This document shows positions 25,675 through 38,929 of a DNA stretch of 64,000 bases, piece by piece. The translations under genes were made by a program, and so were the position numbers. Every line of letters begins with the position of its first letter. Position 1 is the first letter of the stretch. Below the pieces are notes generated by a model, which searched no databases, was not told the DNA's origin, and saw only the letters and a program-made list of their open reading frames with translations. The stretch is from the NCBI GenBank assembly GCA_030390025.1, contig CM059432.1, positions 40,178,001 to 40,242,000 of the forward strand. Direction: 5' to 3'. The DNA comes from Squalus acanthias (taxonomy: Eukaryota).

Positions 25675-25934
25675 TTTGTGTCCTCCTCACAACTTGCTTT
25701 CCCACCTATCTTTGTATCATCAGCAAATTTGGCTACAGTACACTCGGTCCCTTCATCCAAGTCATTAATATAGATTGTAAATAGTTGAGGCCCCAGCACT
25801 GATCCCTGTGGCACCCTACTAGTTACAGTTTGCCAACCTGAAAATGACCCATTTATCAGGACTCTCTATTTTCTGTTAGTTAGCCAATCCTCTATCCATG
25901 CTAATATATTACCCCAACCCCGTGAGCTCTTTAT

Positions 25935-26497
25935 TTGTTTTTTTATTTGTTTTTTTTTTAATGGGATGTGGGCATCGCTGGCAAGGCCAGCATTTATTGC
26001 CCATCCCTAATTGCCCTTGAGAAGGTGGTGGTGAGCCGCCTTCTTTAACTGCTGCAGTCCGTGTGGTGAAGGTACTCCCACAGTGCTGTTAGGTAGGAAG
26101 TTCCAGGATTTTGACCCAGCGACGATGAAGGATTGCCGATATACTTCTAAGTTAGGATGATGTGTGACTTGGAGGGGAACTTGGAGGTGGTGGTGTTCCC
26201 ATGCACCTGCTGCTCTTGTCCTTCTAGGTGGAAGAGGTTGCGGGTTTGGGAGGTGCTGCCGAAGAAGCCTTGGCGAGTCGCTGCAGTGCATTTTGTAGAT
26301 GGTACACACTGCAGTCACGGTACGCCAGTGGTGGAGGGAATGGATGTTTAAGGTGGTAGAGGGGGTGCCAATCAAGCGGGCTGCTTTGTCCTGGATGGTG
26401 TCGAGCTTCTTGAGTATTGTTGGAGCTACGCTCATCCAGGCCAGTGGAGAGTCTTCCATCACACTCCTTACTTGTGCCTTGTAGATGGTAGAAAGAC
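25935..26497 (-). mobile_element. Family B LINE 3' fragment
   Basis: ORF 26007-26462 SPLAWMSVAPTILKKLDTIQDKAARLI. Confidence 0.85.
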
Positions 26498-26953
26498 TTA
26501 TCTTATCTTGTGCAGTAACCTTTTATGTGGCACCTTATCGAATGCCTTCTAGTAAATCCAAATAGACTACATCTACTGGTTCCCCTTTATCCACCCTGCT
26601 CGTTACATCCTCAAAGAACTCTAGTAAATTTGTCAAACACGATTTCCCTTTCATAAAACCATGTTTGCTCTGCATGATTGTACTATGACTTTCTAAATGT
26701 CCTGCTATTACTTCCTTAATAATGGATTCCAGCATTTTCCCAATGACAGATGTTCGGCTAACTGGCCTATAGTTTCCTGCTTTCTGTCTCCCTCCTTTCT
26801 TAAATAGGGGTGTTACATTTGTGGTTTTCCAATCCGCAGTGTCCTCTCCAGAATCCAGGGAATTTTGGTAGATTACAACCAACGCATCCATTATCTCTGC
26901 AGCCACTTCTTTTAAGACCCTAGGATGCAGACCATCAGGTCCAGGGGACTTGT

Positions 26954-28622
26954 CGGGGAACATTCGGTCTAATGAGAGGGAGGAATTGAATGAAATCAGT
27001 ATTTGTAGGGAAATGGTGTTAGGGAAATTGACGGGATTGAAGGCCGATAAATCCCCAGGGCCTGATAATCTACATCCTAGGGTACTTAAGGAAGTGGCCC
27101 TAGAAATAGTAGATGCATTGCTGGTCATCTTCCAAAATTCTATAGACTCTGGAACAGTTCCCATGGCTTGGAGGGTAACTAATGTAACCCCACTATTTAA
27201 AAAAGATGATAGAGAAAAAACGGGGAATTATAGACCAGTAAGCCTGACATCAGTAGTGGGGAAAATGCTAGAGTCCATTATAAAAGATGTAATAGCAGAG
27301 CACTTGGAAAACAGTGACAGGATCGGACAAAGTCAACATGGATTTACAAAAGGTAAATCATGCTTGACTAATCTACTGGAATTTTTTGAGGATGTAACTG
27401 GTAGAATAGATAAGGGAGAACCAGTGGATGTGGTGTATTTGGACTTTCAGAAGGCTTTCGATAAGGTCCCGCATAAGAGATTAGCGTGCAAAGTTAAAGC
27501 ACATGGGATTGGGGGTAAGGTACTGACTTGGATAGAGAACTGGTTGGCAGACAGGAAGCAAAGAGTTGGAATAAATGGGTCTTTTTCCGAGTGGCAGGCA
27601 GTGACTAGTGGGGTACCGCAGGGATCGGTGCTAGGACCCAGCTATTCACAATATATATAAATGATCTAGACGGGGAACTAGATGTAATATCTCCAAGTTT
27701 GCAGACGACACAAAGCTGGGTGGGCATGTGTGCTGTGAGGAGGATGCAGAGAAACTCCAGTATGATTTGGACAGATTGGGTGATTGGGCAGATGCATGGC
27801 AGATGCAGTATAATGTGGATAAATGCGAGGTTATCCACTTTGGTGGCAAAAACAGGAAGACAGATTATTATCTGAACGGCAATAGATTGGGAAAAGGGGA
27901 AGTGCAACGAGACCTGGGTGTCCTTGTGCACCAGTCGCTGAAGGGAAGCATGCAGGTGCAGCAGGCGGTTAAGAAGGCAAATGGTATCTTCATAGCGAGA
28001 GGATTCGAGTACAGGAGCAAGGATGTCTTGCTGCAGTTGTACAGGGCCTTGGTGAGACCACACCCTGAGTATTGTGTGCAGTTTAGGTCACCTTATCTGA
28101 GGAAGGATGTTCTTGCCATGGAGGGAGTGCAGTGAATATTCACCAACTGATACCTAGGATGGCAGGAATGACGTATGAAGAGAGATTGGATCGATTAGGC
28201 TTATATTCGCTAGAGTTTGAGTTTGCTAGAAGAATGAGAGGGGATCTCATTGAAACTTATAAAATTCTAACAGGACTAGACAGACTAGATGCAGGAAGGA
28301 TGTTCCCGATGGTGGGGGAGTCCAGAACCAGGGGTCACAGTCTAAGGATAAGGGGTAAGACATTTAGGACTGAGATGAGGAGGAATTTCTTCACCCAGAG
28401 AGTGGTGAACCACTGGAATTCTCTACCACAGAAGGCAGTTGAGGCCAATTCATTAAATATATTCAAGAAGGAGTTAGATATATTTCTTAAGGCTAAAGGG
28501 ATCAAGGGATATGGGGAGAAAGCAGGGACAGGGTACTGAATTTGGATGATCAGCCATGATCTCATTAAATGGCTGAACAGGCTCGAGAAGCCGAATGGCC
28601 TACTCCTGCTCCTATCTTCTAT
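26954..28622 (+). mobile_element. CR1 LINE RT-to-tail, inserted antisense inside another CR1
   Basis: ORFs 26950-27660, 27728-28135 and 28132-28539 with YLDFQKAFDKVPH and SGVPQGSVLGP; CR1 tail at ~28550-28620. Confidence 0.95.
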
Positions 28623-30119
28623 CTTTAGTCCCATTAGTTTGCCTAGTACTTTTTCTCTAGTGATAGTGATTGTTTTAAGTTCCTCCTTCCCTATAGCCCC
28701 TTGATTATCAATTATTATTGGGATGCTTTTAGTGTCTTCTACCGTGAAGACCGATTCAAAATATTTGTTTAAAGTCTCTGCCATTTCCCTGTTTCCCATG
28801 ATTAATTCCCCAGTCTCATCCTCTAAGGGACCAATGTTTACTTTAGCTATTCTCTTCCTTTTTATATATCTGTAGAAGCTCTTACTGTCTTTTTATATTT
28901 CTTGCTAGTTTACTCTCATAATCTATTTTCTCCCTCTTTATTATTTTTTTCGTCATCCTTTGCTGCTTTCTAAAAATTTCCCAATCTTTTGGCCTACCAC
29001 TAATCTTCGCAACATTGTATGCCTTTTCTTTCAATTTGATACCATCTTTAACTTCCTTAGTTAGCCACGGATGGTTCCTCCTTCTCGTAGAGTCTTCAAT
29101 CTATTTTCCCAGTCCACTTTAGCCAATTCTGTCTTCATACCTTTGTAATTGCCTTTATTTCAGTTTAGAACATTAGTTTCAGACCCAAGTTTCTCACCCC
29201 TCAATCTGAATTTGAAATTCTATCATGCTATGATCACTCTTCCCTAGAGGATCCTTTACTATGAGATCATTAATTAATCCTGTCTCATTACACATTACCA
29301 GATCTAAAATAGCCTGCTCCCTGGTTGGTTCCACAACATATTGTTCTAAGAAACTGTCCCGAATACACTCTATGAACTCATCCTCAAGGCTACCCTTGTC
29401 AATTTGATTTGTCAAATCTATATGAAGATTAAAATCGCCCATGATTATTGCAGTATCTTTCTTACAAGCCCCCATTATTTCTTGATTTATGCTCTGTCCT
29501 ACAGTGTAGCTACTGTTCGGGGTCCTATAGACTGCTCCCACCAGTGACTTCTTTCTCATACTATTTCTTATCTCCACCCAAACTGATTCTACATCTTGAT
29601 CTTCTGAGTCAATATAATTTCTCACCACTGCACTGATCTCATCCCTTATTAACAGAGCTACCCCACCTCCTTTTCCTTTCTGCCTATCCTTCCGAAATGT
29701 CAAATGCCCCATAATATTTAGTTCCCAGCCTTGGTCACCTTGCAACCACATCTCTGTAATGGTTATCAGATCATACCCATTTATTTCTATTTGTGCTGTC
29801 AACTCATCTGTGTCGCAACTTTAAGTGATTTGTGTATTTGTACTCCGAGATCCCTTTGTTCCTCTACCCCACCTAGGCTCGCACCCTCCAAGTAATAAGT
29901 GACCTCCCTATTTTTCCTACCAAAATGTAATACCTCCCATTTATCTGTGTTGAACTTCATTTGCCAATTATATACCATTCTGTAAGTTTATTAATATCCT
30001 CCTGTAATTTGTTGCAGTCCTCCTCAGTATTGGCTATCCCCCCCAATTTGGTGTCATCCGCAAATTTAGAAATTGTGTTTTTGATTCCAAAGTCTAAATC
30101 GTTAATGTAAATTGTGAAC

Positions 30120-30367
30120 GTCATGATGTGGAGATGCCGGCGTTGGACTGGGGTGGACAAAAATGAGAAGTCGCACAACACCAGGTTATAGTCCAATAGT
30201 GCTCTTTGATGTAGGAAAGATTTGAATATATTTTGTCTGTGTTTAAATTGTGAATTCTGGGAGATTCTCTCACTGCTAACTTACCTGACGAAGGAGCGAA
30301 CTGTTCCGAAAGCTTGTAAAATTAAATAAATCTGTTGGACTATAACCTGGTGTTGTGCGACTTCTCA
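30120..30367 (+). mobile_element. Penelope-like terminal fragment (second family) with inverted repeat
   Basis: 12-bp duplication TAAATTGTGAAC (30108-30119, 30368-30379); perfect 34-bp inverted repeat 30163-30196 / 30335-30368; contains a hammerhead core. Confidence 0.8.
30281..30319 (+). ncRNA. Minimal type I hammerhead ribozyme motif (Penelope-associated)
   Basis: TTAC-CTGACGA-A-GGAGC(gaact)GTTCC-GAAA-GCTT-GTAA: stem I TTAC/GTAA, 5-bp stem II, palindromic AAGCTT replacing stem III. Confidence 0.65.
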
Positions 30368-31044
30368 TAAATTGTGAACAGCAGTGGTCCCAACACTGAT
30401 CCTTGTGGAACACCATTACTCACCTTCTGCCACTGTGAATAGCTACCTTTTACTCCTACTCTCTGCTTTCTGTCTTGAAGCCAGCTAACTATCCATTCTG
30501 CTACTTGTCCCCTGACTCCGCATTCTCTGACCTTGTTCATCACTCTATTATGGGATACCTTATCGAAGGCCTTTAGAAAATCTAGATAAATTACATCTAC
30601 TGCATTACCACTGTCTACTCTCTCTGTTACCTCTTCAAAAAATTCAATGAGGTTGGTCAAGCAAGACTTTCCCTTTTGAAATCCATGCTGACTATTCCTT
30701 ATTATATTTTTGGTTTCTAGATGTTCTTCTATTTTCTCCTTTAGTAGGGATTCCATTATTTTTCCTACCACCAATGTTAAGCTGACTGGCCTATAATTCC
30801 CTGGACATGTTCCATCCCCCTTGTTGAATATAGGTATTACATTAGCTATCTGCCAGTCTTCTGGCACTACACCTTTTTCTAACGAATTATTAAATATGTT
30901 TAGTAATGCCTCTACTATCTCTTCCCTAGATTCTTTTAAAATGCGTGGATGCAATCCATCCGGACCAAGGGTTTTATCCTCTTTGAGTTTGATTAGTTTA
31001 TTTAATATATCCCCTCTTTTTATTTTAAATGCACTTATCTCATT

Positions 31045-31615
31045 ACTAGATAGAGAGAAACTGTTCCCATTAGCAGAGGGGTCGAGAACCAGATGACACA
31101 GATTTAAGGTGACTGGCAAAAAACCAAAGGCGACATAAGAAAAAACTTTTTTACACAGCGAGTGGTTAGGATCTGGAATGCGCTGCCTGAAAGGGTGGTG
31201 GAGGCAGACTCAATCACGGCTTTCAAAAGGGAGTTGAATAAGTACCTGAAAGAAAAAAAATTGCAGGACTACGGGGAAAAGGCGGGGGAGTGGGACTAGC
31301 TGAGGTGCTCTTGCAGAGAGCCGGCACGGGCTCGACGGGCCGAATGGCTTTCTTCCATGCTGTAACCATTCTACGATTCTATGATCATCACCTCCAGGTT
31401 CCTCTCAAATCACGCAGCAGCCTGACTTGGACATATATTGCCATTCTTCCATCATTGCTGGGTCAGAATTCTGGAATTCCCTACTTAACACTATTGTGGA
31501 ACTACAATCACCACAAGGATTGCAGCAGTTCAAAGATAAAGCCCACCACTACCTTCTCAGGGAACTAGCAATGGGCAATAAATGCAGTCTTGCCAGCATT
31601 GCCCAGATCCCTCCA
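31045..31615 (+). mobile_element. CR1 3' end followed by family B LINE 3' end
   Basis: aactttttacacagcgagtggttaggatctggaa..ggccgaatggc tail to ~31385, then catcacctccaggttcctctc..atgggcaataaatgc. Confidence 0.75.
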
Positions 31616-33311
31616 AAAAATTATTAAAGGGCCAAATTGGCTCCATGACATGCGTGAAACTGAAGTATCTACATGCAGACCATAATGGAGGTGCTGACAG
31701 GTGAATACAACAAACATTAAAATTCCATGTGAAGCTTTCAGCAGGATGATAACCTATAAGGATATGAGTAAAGGAACATTTGCAAGTGCTGCCTCATGAG
31801 CATTAATGGTAAGCTCTTCAAGCACTTTAATGCAGCAAGGGGCAGACTTGTTTACTACAGTGCATTCTTGGAAGGTGTGGCTGGCTCCTCTTACTTTGCT
31901 TGACCTCATAAGGTCATTACATTTTTTGCTTCATCGAGTGGCTATGGGTCAATACTAGAATTGGCACTGAGTTCCCTAACAACCTCCTTTCATTTCTCTG
32001 CTGTTGTTTTTCTTGGAGTCCGCTACCTGTTAGTGCCAAAAAGTGCCTCCCTCCTTTCCCTTACTAAACTGGGACACAAAGGAAAATCCAAGCTCGGCTG
32101 TAGGGGATTTCAGGTGTTAACCTATGTTCCATCACTTCATGTCTCAAAATGTTGGGGTATGTTGTGGAAATGAGTTATGGTATGCTTGCATGTTGCCACC
32201 CAAAAAAAATATTCTGGAAAGCATGTACAGCACATTCTACAGAAAAGGAAAATGAACAGTGGCTTAATATATACCAAATCTTGATGTGTAAATTATTTTT
32301 ACATTGCAGCTGAGAGAATTAAAAAAAACTGCAGCCTACTTGCCAATATGATTAACAGCTTCTTTTAGTTGAAGTGAAATGTTCTTCATTGACTCCTCCT
32401 TGGACCACCTGTCTCAGATCTAGAATTCATTTTGCATAAGAAAAATATGCATTCCACATGGACAGCATATGAGTACATCATACCCCACAATCGAGCCCCC
32501 ACCCTCTTCCTGGCGGCAATGTATTTCTACTAACGGGGCTGTTGCTCTGATTTGATTAATGTTCCCTCACCACTTTGTACATTAACCACTGGTTGAACCA
32601 TTAAAACTTGAAAAATTTAGTATTTCATGAACATTTTGTTTCAGGATTTTTTTCAGTGTTGCTTTATTGTTAGCCCTATCCCCACCCCCACTTCACCAAA
32701 ACAGCTGCATGAACACAAGCTTGCTTGTTTGGCTGGGGCTAGGAAGCAGTACAATATGCAAAGACCACGACAGATACCAACAACTGGCCAAGCTACCCTT
32801 GAGCAATACAAGAACAAAACTCTTTTAGCCACTTCTCCCTCTATCGCAGTTATCCCCATCCAGAGCAGTTTAACTCCTGCCATGGGGAAAAACTTAATCA
32901 AGAATTTTGGAAAAATCTTACAAATACAACTTAATGCATATTTCGATATTGCTTAGTGTATACATTAAGTTACTGGTAAGAACCTTGAAAAGCCTATCAG
33001 CTTAGTGAAGTAATTGGAATTGGTTGGAACCACTTAGTCCTGAGTGCTATAATCAAATCTGTTATAAGTTTGGGGAAATGAAATGGGCAAATAACTGATG
33101 AGAATAAGAGAACAATTAGGAAATAGTAACCACAACGTAGTTAGGTTCAATATAAAATTAGAAAAGGATAATAAAGAGTCAAAGATAAGTGTTGGACTGG
33201 GAAAAGGCAAAGTTCAGCATTGGGCATTGTTTGTAAAATTGGCAAAAGAAAAAATTAAATATAATAGATAGTCTTCCATACCAGATTGTCCATTTCAAAG
33301 CTAAATTCCTT

Positions 33312-33477
33312 GGGGGTAATTTTGACTTTTGGCAATAGTGTAAAACGATTGATATCGAATCAGCCACCCATTATACATCTCTCCGGATTTTCATTTCCAT
33401 TGACTTTCATTGATGTAATGGGCAGCTGATTTGATATCAGCTGTTTTGCACTATCACCCAAAGTCAAATTTACCCCC
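33312..33477. mobile_element. Short palindromic MITE
   Basis: GGGGGTAATTTTGACTTT / AAAGTCAAATTTACCCCC termini; arms pair imperfectly over ~60 nt. Confidence 0.75.
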
Positions 33478-34602
33478 TTTATTCCTTGTCAAAAAGATGC
33501 TTGCATACAAAAAAATGTTGCAGTGGAAACATAAGCCAGTCCTGCCATGCACCAGTTCTTAGGACCCAGGCTACACATAGGGCCTCCATTCAGTTATCCT
33601 TATCTCTCCATTCAGTTATCCTAGCCCTCAAATATCCCTAGGTGATTCCAGGCTCTCTCCCCTCAATTCTCCTAGGCCCCACAGTACTTCCAGTCCACAT
33701 CTCCTTCCAGTGTTCCTCCACCCAGTAATTCCACATCCCAGCCCACCTTTCTATTCCCGTTCCTCAGCTGGTCCCACATTCCAGTCCCCAACCCCAGTGC
33801 CCCAACACACTTCCCGACTTCCCACCAACCTCAGTCCCCCATCTGCTGAGTCCACCCACTCTTCAAATTTCCCCATGAGTACTCCCACCTACCCCAAGTC
33901 ATCCCAAGAGTCAGCTCATCCACCCCCCCACCCCCCCCCCCCACCACCACCATGAATATTGCAGAGTACAGCTACCCTCAAAGTCCTCCAAGGCCCCAGA
34001 TGCAGACCTGCTGAGTGTTTCCAAAGATTTACAGAAGCAATGAAACAGAATAAAAAGATACAGTCACCACAATGTTAAAAGTATGTGACAGCCATAGTGA
34101 GAGATTGAGAGAAAAACAGCAAGACAGAGAGACACAGAAATAATTAGAGTGGAAAAGAAGCAGAATGACGAGCACTGAAAGAGAGACATACTATTTTTGT
34201 CTGTGCAGAAAGCCACAGGAGATCAACTATACATGATGCATTACACGTTATAATGCTCCTGAAATTATAAAATATTGCATCCTCTGACTCACTGTGAGCA
34301 GTGTCACAGGAGATTTGCTAATATCTGTAAAGTGCCAGTGCTGACAGTCAAACCTGTACAGAAAAGATTATTTGGAACGCAATAAAATACTGCACTTAGT
34401 TTTATCCTGACCAGCAGAAGATATGGGAGAAATTGCATTATAACACATTTGTTGCAAATCACTTGTCTAAAACTAAAGAATTATATAACTCATGCATGTA
34501 TGCAATACGTTTACTTTGAATAAGAACAATGCCGTATTATTTTGTGTTCAGAAGTCCGAAGCACAAAACTTCAAAACATGTTAGTATTACTTAATTCACT
34601 AT

Positions 34603-35306
34603 GGACCAGAACATTAATTCGTCTTGCCCTTGCTGGTTTAATTTCCATGAGCTTTTGCACGACAAGTTGCTGCAAGTGGGAGATGGAAATGGCGTGGTGG
34701 CCTCTACAGGGCATCTAGGACCTGTGTGATCAGGGTAAGCAACTGTGGAGCACCTTAACCAATCAGATTGGAGAATCGTTAATGAGCAGCGCAGTGTCTG
34801 AACCAGGAAGTGTAAATTAGAATAATGAATTCAATGTCAAATCAGGTACAGAAAGCAAAAGAAGGAGGGAAAGAAAGACTGGATTAAGAGAGAGAGAAAA
34901 AAAGAGACAGAAATAAAAATAATTAAAAGCTAAAGGAATGAGACTCCACACTTGTAAAAGTAAACTTCCAGTGCCAGAGAGATTGTTTGGCAGTAATTAA
35001 GACTTATCACACCATTTAAAGGGGTACTTAGACTGAAATGGGCAAACTCTAACTTTCTGTGGCGAGTTTAGTCTTTATCTATGACGCAAGTACAGGAACT
35101 TCATGCTGTTGAATGCATTTGAATGGGGAGCCAGACGGCGAGTTTTCACGCAGTTTACGGAGGATTAGGCACATCTCGGACAGCAACTTCCAGATTTTTG
35201 CATTTAACTGCGCATCTGCGCTCACCTGAAATTGCTGTCCGATTTGCGCATAAATAACGGTGAGCGCCATTAGCCTCACCATTATTTTTACAGTAAATTC
35301 TGGCCC
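34603..35306. mobile_element. Probable PIF/Harbinger-type MITE
   Basis: Ends GGACCAGAA.. / ..AAATTCTGGCCC, with CpG-rich subterminal regions like the other MITEs. Confidence 0.5.
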
Positions 35307-35314
35307 ATTATCTT

Positions 35315-35328
35315 CCAGCAGATGGCGT
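35315..35328 (+). promoter_or_regulatory. Candidate CTCF site
   Basis: CCAGCAGATGGCGT fits the CCASYAGRKGGCR core. Motif match only. Confidence 0.4.
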
Positions 35329-36739
35329 AGCAGCAGATCATGGTTACACAGCTCATGGAGATTGAAGTTCAGACTCTTTATAGGACTTTGGTTGCTCAGA
35401 ATCAGGGCCTGAATGAAAATGTAATCATACCAAGTTTCTGTCATGACTTCTAAAAAAAGAAATTATCAGCATCTGAAAATTGATTTATTTTCTACAGTAT
35501 GGGAAAAGTGCTGGAAGATAGTAGAAGATGATCTGACGAGGTCTGGCTGTTCTCATTATGGATGTGGTTATACTTCATCGTGTCTATGGTGATTGTATCT
35601 GACACTAAGATTGTATAAAGTGTTGATTTCAAACTGGTTGGGCACCTGGAGGCTCTCTACAAAAACAACCTGCATTTGAACCACTGCATCTCAGGTAGAA
35701 AATTTTCAGTCTCAGCCATGGCATTAGGATAAAGTGGTGATCAATTGAAGGAACTATATGCTTAACTTGGCAGGTAGAATCCCTAGACTGCAGGTGGAAA
35801 GGCTGAGCATTTAACTGCATTTTTCCATCCACCCATTTGACCAATTTTGTAGGCAGCTTGTAGTGCAGTGACATATGTGACAAGGTTCACTGGCACATGT
35901 TACTTCAGCTGACTCAGAGACGGGGTGGAGAGAGGTGGATCCAACTAGAATACAGAATTGATTTCCTAAATATATCATTCTTTTAAATTCGAAAATAAAG
36001 TTACCTTTAAAAATGAATTTAAAGGCATGCTGCACATTTAAACATGAGCAAGAAACTACTTTAACATTAGTTCCACTGAACTTTTAATTGTGGCTCAATT
36101 AGGTAAGGTCTTTATCATATTTTGTAGAACTGATAATTATGTGCTTTATGGTGTTATTGTGGGATCCTTGAATAAAATTAGTTAGCTGAGGTGTGGTTTG
36201 ATAAATCGTTTCTACTGCTGTATTTGAAGGACTTTGTAGTATTTGTTAAACTTTATAGTGTTTTCTAGTCTGCTGCACCTATGATGCAGCTTATGTAATG
36301 TTTGTGATCTACCAGCAACTGTCTTCTTTGGAGAGAGGAGGTAAGCAATGTCTCTTTGGGATCAAGTAGACAAGATTACATGAATGGCAATGGAAAATTG
36401 GAACTCAGTCAATCCTCTTAGGCAGATTCAGTAATCCAAAACCAAGATCTGCAGTACTCCAGTGCACTTAATGATTGACTGTTAAGCCTGGCTTATTGCT
36501 GTGACCTGGTGAGGTAGACTAGGGTCTAGCATTCTACTGAGTTGGCTACAGATAACTCTGCAAGCCAAGGTCCTAACATTAATTTGATCCCAGCTGGACA
36601 AGCAACAGTAAGCTTACTCATGGCCTGTGCTGGTAAGCTGCCTGGTTTTAGCATCAGTATTTAGGATCCCTAAGCCTTGACTCATGCTAACCTACAATTA
36701 GGTTCTCTGGACTAATTGGGGTGTATCCCTATGAGTACA

Positions 36740-37690
36740 CAGAAATAGATAGAAGTTACAACAGGAAACAGGCCATTCGGTCCAACCAGTCTGTGCCAGT
36801 GTTTATCCTCTATGCAAACAAAACAGTTCTAATTACATAAATTACATTTACCCACCCTGTTCCCATATGCCTTCAACCCCTTTTTCTTCATCCACCTATC
36901 CAATCTAATCTTGAATGTTGACATAGCTTCTCCCTCAACCACTATGGAAGCGAATTCCACAGCCTCACAACTCTATGTGTAAAGACATTTCTCCTGCCCT
37001 CTTCTAATCCTCTTACATTTAATCTTGTATCTTTGGCCACTTGTTCTTAGCCCCTAACTACTTCAGAACATAAGTACATAGGAACAGGAGTAGGCCATTG
37101 AGCCCTCAGGCCTGTTCCACTGGAAACAGTCCGCTTCTATCTGCCCTGTCTCATCCCTTCATAATATTAAAAACTTCCATTATATCACCCCATAATCCGT
37201 ATTGTTGTAACGGGGTAAGAAACAACTTTTTTGTATTTGTATTTCCTCATACCAGGCAGCATCTTAGTTAATCTGTGTTGTATCCTCTCTAAAGGCTTCC
37301 TATAGTATGGAGTGCAATACTGCACACAGTATTGTAACTGAGGTTTTATATAGGCTTATCAGTACCTCTTGGCTTTTATATTCTGTACCTCTTGAGATAA
37401 AACCTAGAATTCTATTTGCTTATCAACCTGAGGTGCTGCCTTTAATATTTGGTGAAACTCTACTCCCAAGTTCCTCTGCTCTTCCACAGTACCAAGCCTA
37501 CTTCCATTCAGAGTATGATTACTGCTGGGTTTTTTAACCAAAATCCATCACCTCACATTTATTAACATTGAATTCATCTGCCAATTTTTAGCCCATTCTC
37601 CCATATTATCAATATCCCTTTGCAGTTTCCTTTGGTCCTCAAAAGAATTAACTATATGTCCTATTTTAGTATCATCTACAAATTTCAAAA
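36740..37690 (-). mobile_element. Degenerate CR1 3' portion
   Basis: ggaaacaggccattcggtccaacc tail complement, gaattccacagcctcacaactct, ttgaattcatctgccaatt. Confidence 0.65.
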
Positions 37691-37884
37691 ACACTTTCTC
37701 TACGCGTCAACTTATCTGGCCCACATAACAGTTTCATCCAGCCTGTGCTTAGGATTGTTGAGTCTCCTGGAATGGGATATGAATCTCCCAGGCACTACTT
37801 CCAACTGCCCGGGAGAACTGGGGGGTGACTGGAAACAGAACTGGCTATTGGAGGAGAGAGAGACGGATCGGGGGTAGAGAGGGA

Positions 37885-38530
37885 GAGGGTAACGGGACTG
37901 GGGGTCAGAGAGAGGGTAATGTGACTGAGGTCAGAGAGAGGGTAATGGGACTGGGGTCAGAGAGAGGGTAACGGGACTGGGGGTCAGAGAGAGGGTAATG
38001 GGACTGGGGTCAGAGAGAGGGTAATGGGACTGGGGTCAGAGAGAGGGTAACGGGACTGGGGGTCAGAGAGAGGGTAACGGGACTGGGGGTCAGAGAGAGG
38101 GTAATGTGACTGAGGTCAGAGAGAGGGTAATGGGACTGGGGTCAGAGAGAGGGTAACGGGACTGGGGGTCAGAGAGAGGGTAACGGGACTGGGGGTCAGA
38201 GAGAGGGTAATGTGACTGAGGTCAGAGAGAGGGTAATGGGACTGGGGTCAGAGAGAGGGTAACGGGACTGGGGTCAGAGACAGAGTAACGGGACTGGGTG
38301 TCAGAGAGAGGGTAACGGGACTGGGGTCAGAGAGAGGGTAACGGGACTGGGGGTCAGAGAGAGGGTAATGTGACTGGGGTCAGAGAGAGGGTAATGGGAC
38401 TGGGGTCAGAGAGAGAGTAACGGGACTGGGGGTCAGAGAGAGGGTAACGGGACTGAGGTCAGAGAGAGGGTAACGGGACTGGGGATCATAGAGAGGGTAA
38501 CGGGACTGGGGGTCAGAGAGAGGGTGCCGG
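37885..38530 (+). repeat. G-rich minisatellite, 26-27 bp unit, ~24 copies
   Basis: Unit GGGG(G)TCAGAGAGAGGGTAAYGGGACT with recurrent GTGACTGAGG variants. Confidence 0.95.
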
Positions 38531-38929
38531 GACTTGGGACCAGGGAGAGCGTGGCAGGGGACTGGGGGGTTGAGGAGAGGGTGATAAGGACTGGGGGGGA
38601 TCAACGATGGAGGCTTGGGAGAAAAAGGGAAACTGGGGAATAGGGGTCAGGAGATAGTAAATGGGGTCTCATGGGAGAGAGGGAAACTAAGGATGGAGGT
38701 CGGGAGATTGGGGCTCAGGTAGTGAGAGAGCGGGAGACTAGGAAATGTGGGTCGGAAGATTAGGGCTCAGGCGGGGGAGAATGGAAACGGAGACTCGAGA
38801 TCAAAGAGGAGGACAGGACTGAGAAATGGGGTGGGGATGAGTGGGGCAGGTGTGGAGCTCAACATTTCCTGCAGAGCCGGGAACAGCAACATGGCGAGTG
38901 GGAGCGGCATCGAGAGAGTAGCAGCCAGT

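Larger units (their letters stand above)
24089..29810 (-). mobile_element. Long CR1 LINE (EN to 3' tail) carrying three nested insertions
   Basis: Tail aagaacataagaacataagaaatagg at 24088; RT pieces; EN ORF 29194-29802 (DLITITEMWL..FRKDR..GDFN). Nested MITE 24963-25674, LINE 25935-26497 and opposite-strand CR1 26954-28622. Confidence 0.92.
29815..31045 (-). mobile_element. CR1 LINE RT fragment
   Basis: ORF 30340-31119 QHGFQKGKSCLTNL..GVPQGSVLGPLLFTIY, resuming as FTIYINDLD..SKFADDTKL after the insertion. Confidence 0.9.

Noticed and set aside
33650..33955. C-rich tract as a second hyper-edited element
   Set aside because: No unedited homologue found in the window to align against; looks like low-complexity sequence.
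37885..38530. Regular repeat array as a possible CRISPR
   Set aside because: Head-to-tail units with no unique spacers and no cas genes, in vertebrate DNA.
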